Positions 1-12,200 of a stretch of 64,000 nt of DNA are shown here, piece by piece (position 1 is the stretch's first letter; each line of letters begins with the position of its first letter). Origin of the DNA: Prorocentrum cordatum. Lineage: Eukaryota. The notes beneath the pieces are model-generated. The model had not been told where the DNA came from. It did not search any database and saw only the letters and a list, made by a program, of their open reading frames with translations. The stretch spans positions 434,001-498,000 of the forward strand of contig CAUYUJ010000325.1 in NCBI GenBank assembly GCA_963575745.1, given 5' to 3'. Made by a program: the position numbers and the translations under genes.

Positions 1-789
1 AGTTCATGGCGTTCTCCGAATATTCCTGGCACCTCAGACAGCGTCGTACCATACATGCACTTGCGGCGCCTCTGCTGCAACACCATATCGCCCCTTGTCA
101 GAGACGTGAAGCTTTGATGTATCCGCGGGCCTCCTCCTCCACAATGGGGTTCTTCTTGGAAATCCAAGCCGTAGGATACTCGTCATGCATGTGCGGCCAT
201 GGTGCAGATGCGAGCGGCATGTTCAAGAACGCATCCTCGTCGGCACGCGTGCCTATCTGGCCATCTGTGTTTACCATTAAAACAGTGTGTAGCATGTCGC
301 GCTCGGGCATCGCACTGATGCCGCTGCGCGCGCTCACTGGGCCCTCCTTCGTGCGCTGGCTGCGCAGGCGGGTGTCTCGCCCATATGGCATGTAGGTATG
401 TGGAGATTGAAGCCGCTGCGCGCTCCTCTCGGTGGCTCTCCCCATGCGCCTCGGCCACATGTCGATGGCCGGCAACGCGGCAGGTGCAGTCGTAGCAAGT
501 GCCCCTGCATGGTTGGATGTTTCCGCTATTAATGGCATAGGCGCATCCAGAGCAAGCACGGTAGCTTCCGTCGCCTGCACCGCATTGGACGATGAAGCGG
601 GTTGCCCCGCAGGTGTTGTTGGAAGGACTGCCGCGCTACTCTGCATCATCGCCGCGACGCGGTTAAGCTCTTCGCGAAGGTCCCTGAGTTCTTTAGCCCC
701 TCGGAGCATTCTCCACGACGATCGGCTGCATCCTGATCTCCAACAAGGGCATCATATAATGGAGCTCAGCTGTGATTATACCAACGCCC

Positions 790-965
790 CTGCAAATAAC
801 GCAGGGTGCCTCAGTTGCAGCACCTTTCATAGTTCCAGCCAACGATCCGTCCACATCAGCGCGTGCAGCTCGGCCCCAGCACTGCGCATGGAAAATGTGA
901 CCACACTGAAGCCTCCAGACCTTGTCGCGATGCATGAAGTGGTCCAGGCATACGGCACACTTGTT
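790..965 (-). pseudogene. RING-H2 zinc finger in the element A polyprotein
   Basis: Translates as CAVCLDHF...RLQCGHIFHAQCW...PCVICR, followed by AKELRDLREE (element B has ARELRDLRS). Confidence 0.8.
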
Positions 966-2279
966 AAAGCCACCGTCGCTGATGACTGGCGGTGTTGCCG
1001 ATGGCCTGATGCGCGTCTGGCGCTCCAGAGCAGATGCGCCAACCTCATACTGAATCGGAAGACCGACGGTTGCTGCATGGCTGCACGTGCTGCCGGTATG
1101 AATGCAGGTGCCCCTGCTGCGATTCGAATAGCAGGTTGCCCCGCGCGACCCAGCACCTTCTTTGCCTGACGCTCATGATTGCGACGCCGGCGGGCCACTT
1201 GCATTGAGAGATTGGCCTGCTGCGCGTCGTGAATGGCAAGAATCTCTGGGCGCAATTCCCCCATGGATGATTGCACTGCCAGGCCTGGGGCCTGTTGAGT
1301 CACATCTGAATCCATAGGGGTAGCCAAATATCCACGATGAGGAATCTGACCCGGCACACCTGACGCGCAACCAGAGCCGCGTGTCAACTGAGACTGATAG
1401 AAATCGTCGGCTGTCGCCCGTGCATACGGGTTCTCCGGCTGCGTTCCCACGAGGGATACCAGTCACCTAAGCAAAATAGCCAGGATACAATGGGAAGTCC
1501 ATCGGTGGTGCTGTAGGGCGCTCTGCAGCTGTCGGCCCGCATGTCGGATGATTGAAAGATGCTGGCACGTATTCGTACCTATTGGGGTTGTCCGGTGAAG
1601 GATTTGAGTCCGGGACATACTCCCAGGGAGGCGTCCGTCTAGCGCTAGGGATGTCGATGCCGCCCCTGCGCAAGCTCTGTCCGACTTAGCGAATTGGCCG
1701 GTACATCCACTCTTGCTGACCAACTGGACGCGGCGATGCGAACGGCGATGTCGCCTACAAAGCCTGGTAGAGCTCCGGGTCCATCCGAATGCTGTGGAGC
1801 CTCGCCTGTAGGCTATTGGTGCCCCCAGCACTCTGTGGAGCCCCAAATGGAGTTGTGGCCCTGCTCATGTGCAAACGACGCAGGTTTCCCTGCAGGACTG
1901 GCAGCTGCTGCGTCTGGACACGCCACGGATCGATGGCGCACAGCATATCGGTGGAAGTAATTCCACTCGATGTCATACCACTCACGTCCGCACTCTGGGC
2001 CTGCATCCATGATCCGTCAGATCCCCCTGCAGGTGCCCCCGCATGATGCACGTCTTGCAGCATAAATACTATAGAGAACTCGACCCCCTGGATGGGCGTC
2101 GGTTCGGGACACTTCAACTTGTAGGGGGAATAAACCAGTACTTCAACGATGATGCATCATGGAAAGATCATTTCTCGGATGCTTCTGACCGCTGTCCCAC
2201 AGGTACAAGGGATTGATTCATACATTCCCACGCGGTTATACCTGCACTTTTCGTTGGGCAGAATGCTTATAAGCTGGGC

Positions 2280-2945
2280 GATATGAGTCGGAGGAATTCT
2301 GCCGTTCCGGTCTGCCGACATTTAGATGTCATTTGCTGAGCACCACATAGCCATAGTAGCACGACGCAAATTCTTCAGACTAGCCATAATCAATACTTCG
2401 GAGTCGACGCGCAAGCCGGACTGGATTCTGCTGCCACCCTGTGAGTATGGGCAAGCATGAACAAACTGTCTGCCATGTCTCTCGACGGTGTCGTCGGCGC
2501 GGCATGACAGCCCTATGCGAAGTATATTCTGTATATTTTCCCACTAGGTACCGTGAGTGTAAAAAAGACAAAGTGCACCTGGAATAGTCAAGTCTGTTAT
2601 CCTCATATACAGTGATTCAGGGCACGTTATCCCAGGACTGATGCGTCCATTACTTGGACGTGTGAAATACGTCTCGTACATCTCAGTAGCGAACTTGCAC
2701 TTCTTGATATGGGGCCTGTTTACTTCATCCCAGCGCTGTCGACCATGCCGATCAAGTTCAGCACAGTTGGCATGCCCAATGGCGGCTGCTGAGATAACGC
2801 CGGACAGTCTCCAGGTGTTTGGGGCGGCAGCGATCGCATCCCTCAGGTGGCCATCGGTTGAGCAGCTCTGACAGCTCAGCTCCACCCATCCATCGAATTC
2901 GGCGAAAGACGGCACTGCTCGCAGAAACCTATGAGAGAAATGGCG
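2280..2945 (-). pseudogene. TPT1: Degenerate Tpt1/KptA RNA 2'-phosphotransferase domain in element A
   Basis: Manual translation through stops gives FSHRFLR...FDGWVEL...FTRPSNGR...SLY...THGT*WENIQNILRIGLSCR...GRQFVHAC...SGLRVDSEVLI...WCSANDI*MSADRNGRIPPTHI. This is colinear with the Tpt1 of element B. Confidence 0.75.
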
Positions 2946-5499
2946 GTTGTGAAATGGTTTGTGACGAGTAGCAATCGTGGGCCATTCTGAGCAGCAGCGC
3001 TGTTCCTCATAGGTGAAAAATGGACCAACAACTCCGTCTGCTTCAAGGGCCCCCATCAAGTCGGTCTTCTCGGACAGATGCGCGAGCGCCGGGCGTCTAC
3101 GCAGATATTGCGTCGTTATCGGCAGCGACGGCGGCGCCCTGAATGTCGCATTCCACCGCAATCCATCGATCGGACCCGGCATCATCATAGAGGTGATCTG
3201 CTGCGTTGATCTCCATGCGCCTGGTAGTGCGCACGCAGCCCCAATACTTTCGGCATTCAACGGGCATTTCCAAAGTAAGAGCAGGTTGCCCCGCATAACT
3301 CTGAGCTGCCGCCGACGCGGCGGGTGCACGGGCGCCCGCCGATGACGAGGCAGCGCCTGCAGATCCTCTGGGCGTCCGAGGGGTCCTTGGCGGAGTACTG
3401 ATGTCGAAATCCGGTCGTCTCGTCTCGTCGGTGTTGTAGTACTCGCACTTCTTGTCTTTGGGAGCTGCCCCTGATGCCTTTGACGCAGTTTCCAACGGTC
3501 TCTTATCGGCACCGCGCCATGACGAAGAGGCATCCTTTGATGATCCCTCCAGTGTCGGCGCCCAGCCAGTTCTGTGTGCCCTGCCAGGGGTGGGGCCGCG
3601 ACGTGGCACAGGATCCTTCGGAGTGGGAGTGCTGACGCCTTGAAATGCAGCTGCTGCGGCGACCGCAGCTGGCCCTCTGGATCGCCGTCGATCAGCAGGT
3701 TGCCCCGCAGGTCGTTGTTGCTTGCTCTCCAGGGCTGGGGTGATATGGGCTTTCCCTCTTCTTCTGTTTAGGCGGTGGTCTGAGCTGATCAAGTCCGAGT
3801 AACTTAGACTGACTCGACGATGCCGAAGATGGAGAAATATCAATAGGCGGATCTGTCTGCGGCTTCGGAGGAGGTGCTTTCGGCGTTGCCCCCGCGGGTA
3901 TCCATGGCCCACATCGCACGGGCCCTCTGCCAGGTCTGAGGCCCGCGCCATCAGACTTCCTGAATGCCACATTCCCGATGGTGGCCTTTTTTTTTTTTTC
4001 ATGATGGACAGGATATGATTTTGTAGCGCTAAGCCTTTGGCCAATACTAGTGTTTAATCAAACCTGCAGACCCAGCGCGGTAAGCGACCCTGCTTTCTGG
4101 GGAAAGATCCATGTCTTCAGTGACGACGCACCCTGGATCAGTAGGTGCGTCCGCATCGTAAGTGACGCCCGCGACAGCGGAGAGGGCGTCGGAGTAATCC
4201 GAGGAGGGGGTGCCCTGCAGGAGCTGCTGCCGTGGGGTCTACCGCTTCAGCCATATATTCAGCTTCATAATATCATGGTTGGTCGTCTTCTTCTGGCTTG
4301 GGCGAAGCATGTTTCCCCGCGTTGTAATCACAGTTGAATACCTTTAAACATGAACAGGTGAAAGGTTATTCCATATCTTGATAGATTGTGCTATTTCTTG
4401 AGCTGTAGCTTGTTCGCAGTCGTCTTCGTCCAACTGCTCGTTGCATGGCATTGTATTTGGATCGGTGCAGCAACCCCGACCATCACCGTGAGACCAGAGC
4501 CACGGTGTCTCGCGGAAGATAGGTTCCCTTGATGGGCGTCTCATGGGGCAGCCGAGCCCGTGGTCGGCATGCTCGAAGCATGCGCAAGCAACGCCTCTGT
4601 AAACTTCCGTTTCCTCGATGATGGCCCTCTTGCGCCGGCCCTTTTTGAGCGCGCAATCTCGCCTTTTTCTTTATCTTGATCAACCTTGCGGAGAGAGTGC
4701 CAGCGGCGAATACGGCGCTCAGTCCAGCCCTTGTCCAACCACTGTTGCACTGTCTATGGGTCTATGCGCTGGCGAGCCAACCCAGCGCCCAAATAGCCGC
4801 CAAGGCGCGGCATTTCGTCTTCTGGGCGTTCTTCGAGAGGTCGTTCCCCTCGAGGCGGGCGCCCCCGCAGACGCCCCCTCCTCGGGGGGGTGCCAGGTGC
4901 ATTGGCCTTCCAAGGAGGGGTCTTTGGTTTCCCCGCATCAAGAAGATGAGGGCCCTGAAGGCCGCTCTAGCGGGCGCCGCTGGAGCGCGCGCGCGCAGTC
5001 GGGCGAGCCGCCGTGGACCCGATCGCGACGCGCCAGACGAGCGTCATCTTCCCATTCTTCGTCATCGTCGTCGGCGCGATACTTGCGTCTCCAGGACTGG
5101 CGGCTTGCCGATCGCCCCCGGCGGCTCATGGAGCGGTCCGAAGCTGCGAATGTACATTGAAATCCTTCGTCGCGGCCGAGCTCGCACTGAACGCGTCCAG
5201 ACAGGTCGCAAAATCTCGCGGGTTTACCGGAGAGGGTCGTCATCACTCAGTTCCATGTTGGTCAGATTGCCAATAACAAGAGGATAAAGCACCAACTGTA
5301 TTTCCTCCTCTGCGGCAGGAATAGTGGCATCTGAATCCGCGGGTGCCCCCGCCATTTGTCAAGTTCTCGACTAATTCGATATCAGAGGTTGCCCCGCGAT
5401 GGGTATGCCCAGCCAGTCTGCCGGATCAGTTTCATTGTAGCCAGTGAATACCTCCTCGAACAGCCCGACGGCGCAATTCTCGAGGGACATATTGGCACT

Positions 5500-6230
5500 C
5501 AAATATCTGGCAACCATGAGGTTAACAAGTGCACCTGAGCTACCGGCAGGGTCGGCCAGGAGCGACTCCCGGTCAACAACCTGTATATCCGAGTCAGTTT
5601 GAGCCAGATGTTTCGACGGACATCTCCCTCGTGACCGAAAATACTACTAATATTGCCGGGGGTTCTCTCAGCAGTGCGCGAAAATGACATCATTCGTTCA
5701 AGTAGAGAGTCAAACTGTTGCTGGCCCCTCGGCATGTTGCGGTTAAGTGGCTGCAGGAGTTGCCGTGCACGCGGCGCCCCCACCCCAAGGGCTCCGAATG
5801 AATAAACTGTTAGAATTTGGAAGTTGGGGATGTTAAAGCCTGCCGCTCTAGCATCTTAGCGGGTTATCTCGAAGCGCGCCAAAGCCTGGTCGATCCGTTC
5901 TCCCGCATGGACTCGGAAGTCAATGAGAGCTGTTCCAGGCAGGGTCGAGTTGGCGTTCCTCTTCCAGATTCTCGAACTCCGTGCTTGAGAGGAACATGAT
6001 GTAGGTGGCGCCGTCGGTATGGCGGCCACGTATGTTAACACCAAAACTGATAACTGCTGGGGGGCCTATCATGGCTATGGTCCACGAGAGGCCTCGTCAG
6101 CCTCGCTGCAAAGCTGCAGCTTGTTGGGAGGGCGTCATGTTGCCTGTGGCCACGTTGATCCAGGCATGTACATCGCGGACGAATTCGCGGAAAGGTACTT
6201 GACCAGACGAGTCCCCATAGGGGCCGGTCG
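5500..6230 (-). pseudogene. Gag-like N-terminal region of element A (frameshifted)
   Basis: Peptide similarity to element B Gag at 20442-21050, read from ORFs 6097-6426 and 5499-5783. Confidence 0.7.
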
Positions 6231-6680
6231 TTCTTGTGTCGTCTCCACCACGCATACGCATGTCCCACCGCACGCCCGATCGCGACCCATGTGAGCCCAA
6301 GGAGAGCAATACCAATCCAATGGCTTCGCAGGTCGTGGTCGGATGTAGTCGGTTGGGGTTTTCAATCTGTGGTCGCAAGTCTGCGTGGGGGCGGGGGCGG
6401 CGCAAAGTCGCATCGCATGCTTCCATGCATTATGTATTCGAAGAACTCCCTCATTGGAGCAGGTGGGTGGACTTCAGGAGTGTAGTAGCGCAGGGATGTA
6501 GGACGCAAGTAAGAGGCCTCCGCGTAGGCCGAGGTGTCACTGCAAGTGTCCTCGCTTTGCTGCGTAAATGTATTCATTCCTCTGCGCAAACCCACTGCAC
6601 CCTGATGTTCCACCACGTCAGTGGTCCACCAGGTAGTGCCGTGGATGGTGAGGAGTAAAGCTAGAACTGACTTCCATAGG

Positions 6681-6695
6681 CCAGCTCCGCTACCA
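6681..6695 (-). promoter_or_regulatory. Primer-binding site, probably tRNA-iMet (TGGTAGCGGAGCTGG)
   Basis: Identical to 21466-21480. It is complementary to a tRNA 3' end ...CUCCGCU-A-CCA, with the A1:U72 pair typical of initiator tRNA. Confidence 0.75.
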
Positions 6696-6923
6696 AGATT
6701 GAAAGGGGTTGGGAGGCCCAACCAGCAACTTCGCCTTTTGTACCGTAGCAACGGTAGTCCCAGTAGTAGGGGGCGAACCATCTCAAGCAGTGATGGCATC
6801 GATCGCAAATGGTACACCTCGCGCTGGGTGTAGTCAGATCTGGGCGGCCGGCAGTTTTGAGCCAAGCAGCCGCGGATGCACGCTCGTTCCCACTCACATG
6901 CAACGCCCAGTTCACTTTAGAGT
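6696..6923 (-). repeat. Putative 5' LTR of element A (~228 bp)
   Basis: It abuts the PBS, shares the SL-like TTGGCTCAA motif, and has a similar outer end (+ strand ctttagagt versus cccttaaagt in B). The partner LTR is outside the window, so the outer boundary is inferred. Confidence 0.6.
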
Positions 6924-6969
6924 TGCATACCGCTGCCGCCAGATCCTCAGGTCCCCCATTGAACGGAGC

Positions 6970-7510
6970 ATAAGACCACACCACCGAGCAGAACATACCC
7001 GAGCATAACATACCATATCATGACACACCATATCGCAACATAGCGCACCATGACAGAGCAGTGCATACCATAGCACAGCATGACGGCACAGAAAATTCCA
7101 TGGCATGGCAAATTAAGCATACCACACCAAATCAACGCAGAACGGAACATGACAACAAAAAGCGTTCGTGCCACATTGTCACATAACTGGCATATCAGAC
7201 CACAATGCAAGACATCACATGTTGGAACCCGATATCACATGGTGGAGCATCCATAACGTAACAAGCCAAATCGTACCATACCATATGATGACATAAAAGA
7301 ACAACAACAACTAGACCATGGCATTTCAAATCACGCCATAACACAGCATCGAATCATTCGCCATTGCATACCACAACACAGCAATACATGACATAGTGTG
7401 GCACAACATGATACATCATAGCAAACCGTATGCTATCATGAGACCAAACGGTATGACAGAATTGGTCACACAGGACATAGCATAACACAACACCTCACAA
7501 CACACCCTAA
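6970..7510. repeat. Degenerate CATA/CATG/CACA-rich minisatellite
   Basis: Low-complexity acataccatatcatgacac-type runs. Confidence 0.7.
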
Positions 7511-7669
7511 CAGAGCCTACGATGACTCGCCATCTCAGAAGCCTCCAAGACGGCCCAAGACGGCCCAAGAGGCCCCCAAGAGGCCTCCCAGACGGCCCAA
7601 GTGGCCTCCAAGAGGTCCTGAAGGAAAGCCCGAAGGGGCCAAAATCATTGACTCTGCTGAGGCTGCTGA

Positions 7670-7935
7670 AGTCGAAAGTGAGCCTGGTAGGTCAAATCGC
7701 ATCCGATTCCGTAGACATCGGATGGCAAATAGCGTCCGGCATCGTACTGAGGCTGTTCAGTAAGAGGAATGGATGGATAAGATAAAATAAGATCGATGTA
7801 GTGATCTTTCCAGCATATAGCGAACACTCGCGGTGTCCGGGCAAATAGGGCGCGCGTGCCTTGAGCCAAAGGCAACGGCGCGCGAGCTATACTCCCGATT
7901 CTATACAACATCTCCCAAAGAGCTACCCTTAAAGT
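7670..7935 (-). repeat. 3' LTR of element B
   Basis: 266-bp copy of 21481-21746, with about 12 substitutions counted by eye. Confidence 0.92.
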
Positions 7936-8344
7936 CGGGAGGGGAGGAGACGGAGAGCATAGCCGCGCAGCCGTTAAGCTCTACAAAGGCCGCGCGCGCG
8001 ACTGTTTGCAAGAAAACAGTGTGTACACTCTGGCCTAACACCAGACTGTAAGGCGAGTTTCCTCGCAAAGCATTTCACGCAAATACGAGATAGCCCCTTC
8101 GGACGATGAAGGGCTATCGGCTCAGCTAGAGGTAAGCCAAGCGGGCCATGCCTCACCGAGCAAGCGGGTATTAAGGGAAAGAGCCTGAATCATATAAAGC
8201 CGGCTCGTTGCCAGGCGCGACATGTGAGGCTCGTTTCCGAGCAACTAGGAGGGCGCCTCTGTAGTAAGCGCCCATGCTGGCAAATTGGACCGCGGGGGGC
8301 AACAAGGACACACTAACATTGATTAGGCTTGGGTTTGTTTCTGT

Positions 8345-8444
8345 NNNNNNNNNNNNNNNNNNNNNNNNNNNNNNNNNNNNNNNNNNNNNNNNNNNNNNNN
8401 NNNNNNNNNNNNNNNNNNNNNNNNNNNNNNNNNNNNNNNNNNNN
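8345..8444. other. Assembly gap (100 N) at the position where RT/RNase H would be expected
   Basis: N run between the integrase C-terminal region and the 3' UTR/LTR. Confidence 0.95.
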
Positions 8445-8505
8445 CAGCATCATGGCTTCTATATCATGTTCCTCGTTTTCTTCGTAGATTGTAGACAGAC
8501 GGCCT

Positions 8506-9285
8506 TCACTTGGTGATGAAGCACCTGGGTGTCTGGTGGAGGCCTGTTTCCAGGCGGGTCGTGTTCTCCAGACGCGACGTGGTGCCCAAGTGCTGATACT
8601 TGGCCAGGTCGTCATGAAATCCTAAGGAAGGACCATTTGCGTCAAGCATTTGGAATGAGTCCCTGAGTGAGTGGCTACCAGTGACTTGAGAAATGTTCAG
8701 GCCAGTGCCCACACACTCATAGTAGTGGAAGGCTGGGCTGATATCGTTGTCGCAGTGGATCAGCGTAGACCCGGTGGCGTAATTTACTGCAGGTAGACTT
8801 GACACACTTTTGGCCCATCTAACTGCTACTACGTGTTCTACTCGGAAATAATTTCGCACGAGATACTGTAGTGCTAGATGCACGCGCGGGTGAAACTTGC
8901 TGTCGTCTGCAAGATTGAGGTTTCCCTTGTAGCCTGGGATGTAGCCGAAGACTTCGGCAGGTTTCCCTGCGCCGAGGTGTGCCACATACGTAAGGACGGT
9001 TTGCATGGCCACATTATCCATGCCAAGTTCCCGTGCGAGGAGACATTCAATGTATAGTGTGTGACGAGCATCAGGATACATCACAATTACCTCACGAGAT
9101 CCTGCCTTGACAACAATATGTCCTCTTTCAGGCACTTTACGGATCACAGGGAATGGGCCGTTCCAGCCTCCATGATCGTCCTTAGTGGCAGTGGGTCGAT
9201 GGTAGTCGACCAGATCCCCTGCCGAGTAAAGGCGAGCACCATCTGGGGCCGTTTTAGCCCTGAGAGCACGATTTGTCTTGGCCAC
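8506..9285 (-). CDS. Post-integrase segment of the element B polyprotein (frameshifted continuation)
   Basis: GDLVDYHRP...GGWNGPFPV resembles the GDxV...W.GP segment found after retroelement integrase cores. Confidence 0.6.
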   Translation of the reverse strand: MAKTNRALRAKTAPDGARLYSAGDLVDYHRPTATKDDHGGWNGPFPVIRKVPERGHIVVKAGSREVIVMYPDARHTLYIECLLARELGMDNVAMQTVLTYVAHLGAGKPAEVFGYIPGYKGNLNLADDSKFHPRVHLALQYLVRNYFRVEHVVAVRWAKSVSSLPAVNYATGSTLIHCDNDISPAFHYYECVGTGLNISQVTGSHSLRDSFQMLDANGPSLGFHDDLAKYQHLGTTSRLENTTRLETGLHQTPRCFITK

Positions 9286-12200
9286 AGCAGTGGCTTGAGT
9301 TATGGTTTCTAGGCTTAACTTCCCTCACACGACGTTCCCGTTCGTGTCCTGATGTCCCGGGTCCCTTGGGAAAGCCAAGGGTGTCGAGGCCAGGAAGAAA
9401 GGAGGGCTGACGTCCAGTGTGTGCTTGGTATGGCGATACTCCGTTGTAGAACGTGAAGGCGTTGGTAACGAAGATGCCTTCAGCCAATACTCTAGTGAAT
9501 ACAACAGGGATGTTGTGTCTATTCAGCTCTTCCTCAATCATGTGGAGGACGCCCCTGAGATTACCGTTCCGTGACTCAATTGAAGTCGCGTGTTGGCCAG
9601 GCGCTCGGATACGGAGTTCTGTACCCTTATTAGCCATCATGGCCTTAGCGGTATCATTGTTCAGGGCGCCTTCTCCGTCTGAGTATAAGACTTTGAGAGG
9701 TCCACGATAGGCAATCCAGCAGCAGTGGTAGGCGTCAAGTATAGCGTCACGTTCTCTGTCGGAGATTTCTTGGCCTGCTGCCAGGCGAATACAACGATCC
9801 ATAATGTGGAATATGGTTCGTTTCTTGTAAAACATGAGATCCATTTCGCCTTCATCGAGCCAATTACCAGGAAAGCTCACAGAAGGTAATGTTGAGTTTC
9901 CTGGACGTTCCCATGCTCTGCATTCCCGACAGGTATCGCAAACTTCTTTGATCATATTCAGTCGGGCATTGCCCAGTCCCACTTTGTCTAGGATTAGCCT
10001 CATCTTGGGTTCCTTCGCATGATGCCACCGTAGGTGCAATTTACGGAGTTCCTTTCTAACGACGCGAGGCTCATGACTACGGAGATTTTGCAGACTGCGT
10101 TGGATATCAAATCTCGTCCAGTCGGGTAGTCGTGCAGCCCCCGGGCCGGTGGAGGCAAGAGGGTTCCTTGTAGCTCTCCGCAGTCGGTCTCCTTCGTCAA
10201 CTGCATCTGGTGGTGGTGGTACGCCTTGTAGTCGGCCACGACGGGCCGCTACCTGTGGCGGTTCGCTAGAGGGCGCAGAAGGCGTGTTTCCACGCTCGGG
10301 GGCGTCTCCTAGCATGTCGTAACTGCTGGCACCAGATGTCGGATCAGCGTTCCCGAAGGATCGTGGTCGCGGTGGCCTGGCGCGTGCGCCTTGGCGGCCA
10401 CCTGGCGCTGAAGCTTGGCCCTCACCAGGTTTAGGTATGGGTTTCCACCAAGCTGGCACGGTTTTACCTTCGGGGTCGTGGTCATCTGGAAGTTTAAATG
10501 GTACAGCAAAACGACATTTACCAGGTTCGGTATCGAAGTGGTTATTAACACCTTTGCTCCTCGTAAGATCCCTCTGGCATGCGGGACATGGCCAATATAC
10601 AGAGATGGAGTCATGATACTTACACTGCGTAGGGTCTCTGTTATGGCTAGGACTGTCCTTTCGGACGTTGTCGATGCATGCCGGGCATGTAGCCACCTTT
10701 GGGATGATACGATCACCGATGCGTCTCATACCTTCGCCTAGTTCGGCTTGATCAGGAAGGTCTGCAGGGTAAGCATGTGCAGTACTTGTATGCGCGTTTC
10801 CGCGCGTAGTGTCAATGGCTTTCGCCGAATAGACGGCTTCCACAGAGGCAGACTGCAGTCGTCGAGTGTATGTTTGTGCCAGTGAAAGCTCTCTGTTGCA
10901 CGGTTGTGCGTGCACATGCTGACCGTTGCATTTGAGTCGCTCAAAGGGTTTAAGAGTCGTCTCGTCGTTGCTTGTGATACTACTCGTGTGTTTAATATAG
11001 TCACCAGCCGTACCTTTGAGTCCCGTCGCACACTGATCAATGCGTACGGTTGTAATGTGTGGTCGGTTGGCAAGTTTCTTCCATGGGGAAATATCATCCA
11101 CCCATGTTCCTGTAGGTTGTTCGCGCATAAACAACCTCCGTGCATCATCTTGAGCAACAGCAATTTTACCACAATAAGTAGTTTTGTGTGGAATATTTTC
11201 TTTGCGGTGCTGTTCCCAAGTGTTGTGAATGACTCTGTAGTTGTAGTAGGATGGTGGTCCTGTGGTGCGGCAACTGGGTTGTAGCATGGCAACTCGCACG
11301 TAGCAAATAGCGAAGTAGTGATCTACAACCCGCTGCACCGAGGGGTCTCCCAGGTCGACATATGTGGTTCTTTCTAGGTTGCCTCCTGAGGAGAGCCCCC
11401 TTGAGAAGGCAAGCTCTGAAATGCCACCCTCGCCGCCACAAAGATCCAACATATCCACGCAGTTGTCATGACCATAGCATAGTGTAGCAACTATGCTGTA
11501 TATGTCAGCGTGTGCGTCGGGCATAGATGTGGGGAGGGTAAGGAACAGGTCATCATCCTCATCGGAGCTTATCAGCTCAATAGGGACATCAGTACTCCAG
11601 GTCGCCATGAAATCCTGTCCGAGTCCTGACAAGTCGTCGCCGCAATCGTCGCTTCCGTCTTCAACGTGCTTTTTAATGCGACGAGGCTTGATGCCTGCTT
11701 CCTTTTCGGCTTTGAGCCTTTCCTTCTGCTTGATACGCGATTCTGTAGGTAAGACGTGCTCGTTTTGTTCGCCGGTCTGCGTGCCCATTGTCGCGGTTGA
11801 GTGGGTACATGCGTTAATCGCCAGAGTCGGGAGGGGGAGAGAACAGTCATCTATGATGACGCGTCTAGGTTTCTGTGGTGATTGAGTCGGCTCGTTTCCG
11901 AGCAAGACCGGTTCCTCGGGTTGCCAATACAACCGAGTGCTGATGTTGGCAACCCCTGCAGGTAGTGGCGCATGCCAATCATACCCTGTTGGTTGATCGG
12001 CTATTGCGATATCCTGGATGACCGCATTGGTATCCAGGTTAATTGTTACACGTCGGATAACATCAGACCACTTCGGTCCTCCCTTGTTGGTCGTCACGTA
12101 GTGATGGATGTTGTGGTCCTTGCGTGTGTAGGTGTTCATATATATAGGCACGTTTCCGTACGTGGTGGTGCTTCCCAGGATTTTGTCGTTCAGATGACGG

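Larger units (their letters stand above)
1..6923 (-). mobile_element. LTR retrotransposon element A (5' part; continues off the left edge), decayed relative of element B
   Basis: It has the same 15-nt PBS as element B. Its Gag peptides (VPFREFVRDVHAWINVATG; LLQPLNRNMP...ERTPGNISSIFG) are homologous to B (VPFREYVYEVNAWLNVTSG; LLQPLNHQTP...ERSPGNIGSVFG). Tpt1 and RING occur in the same order as in B. Many stops and frameshifts. Confidence 0.85.

Noticed and set aside
7936..7958. Purine run gggaggggaggaga as the PPT of a plus-strand element
   Set aside because: All coding and the PBS are on the minus strand, and on + the run lies 3' of the left LTR, the wrong position for a PPT.
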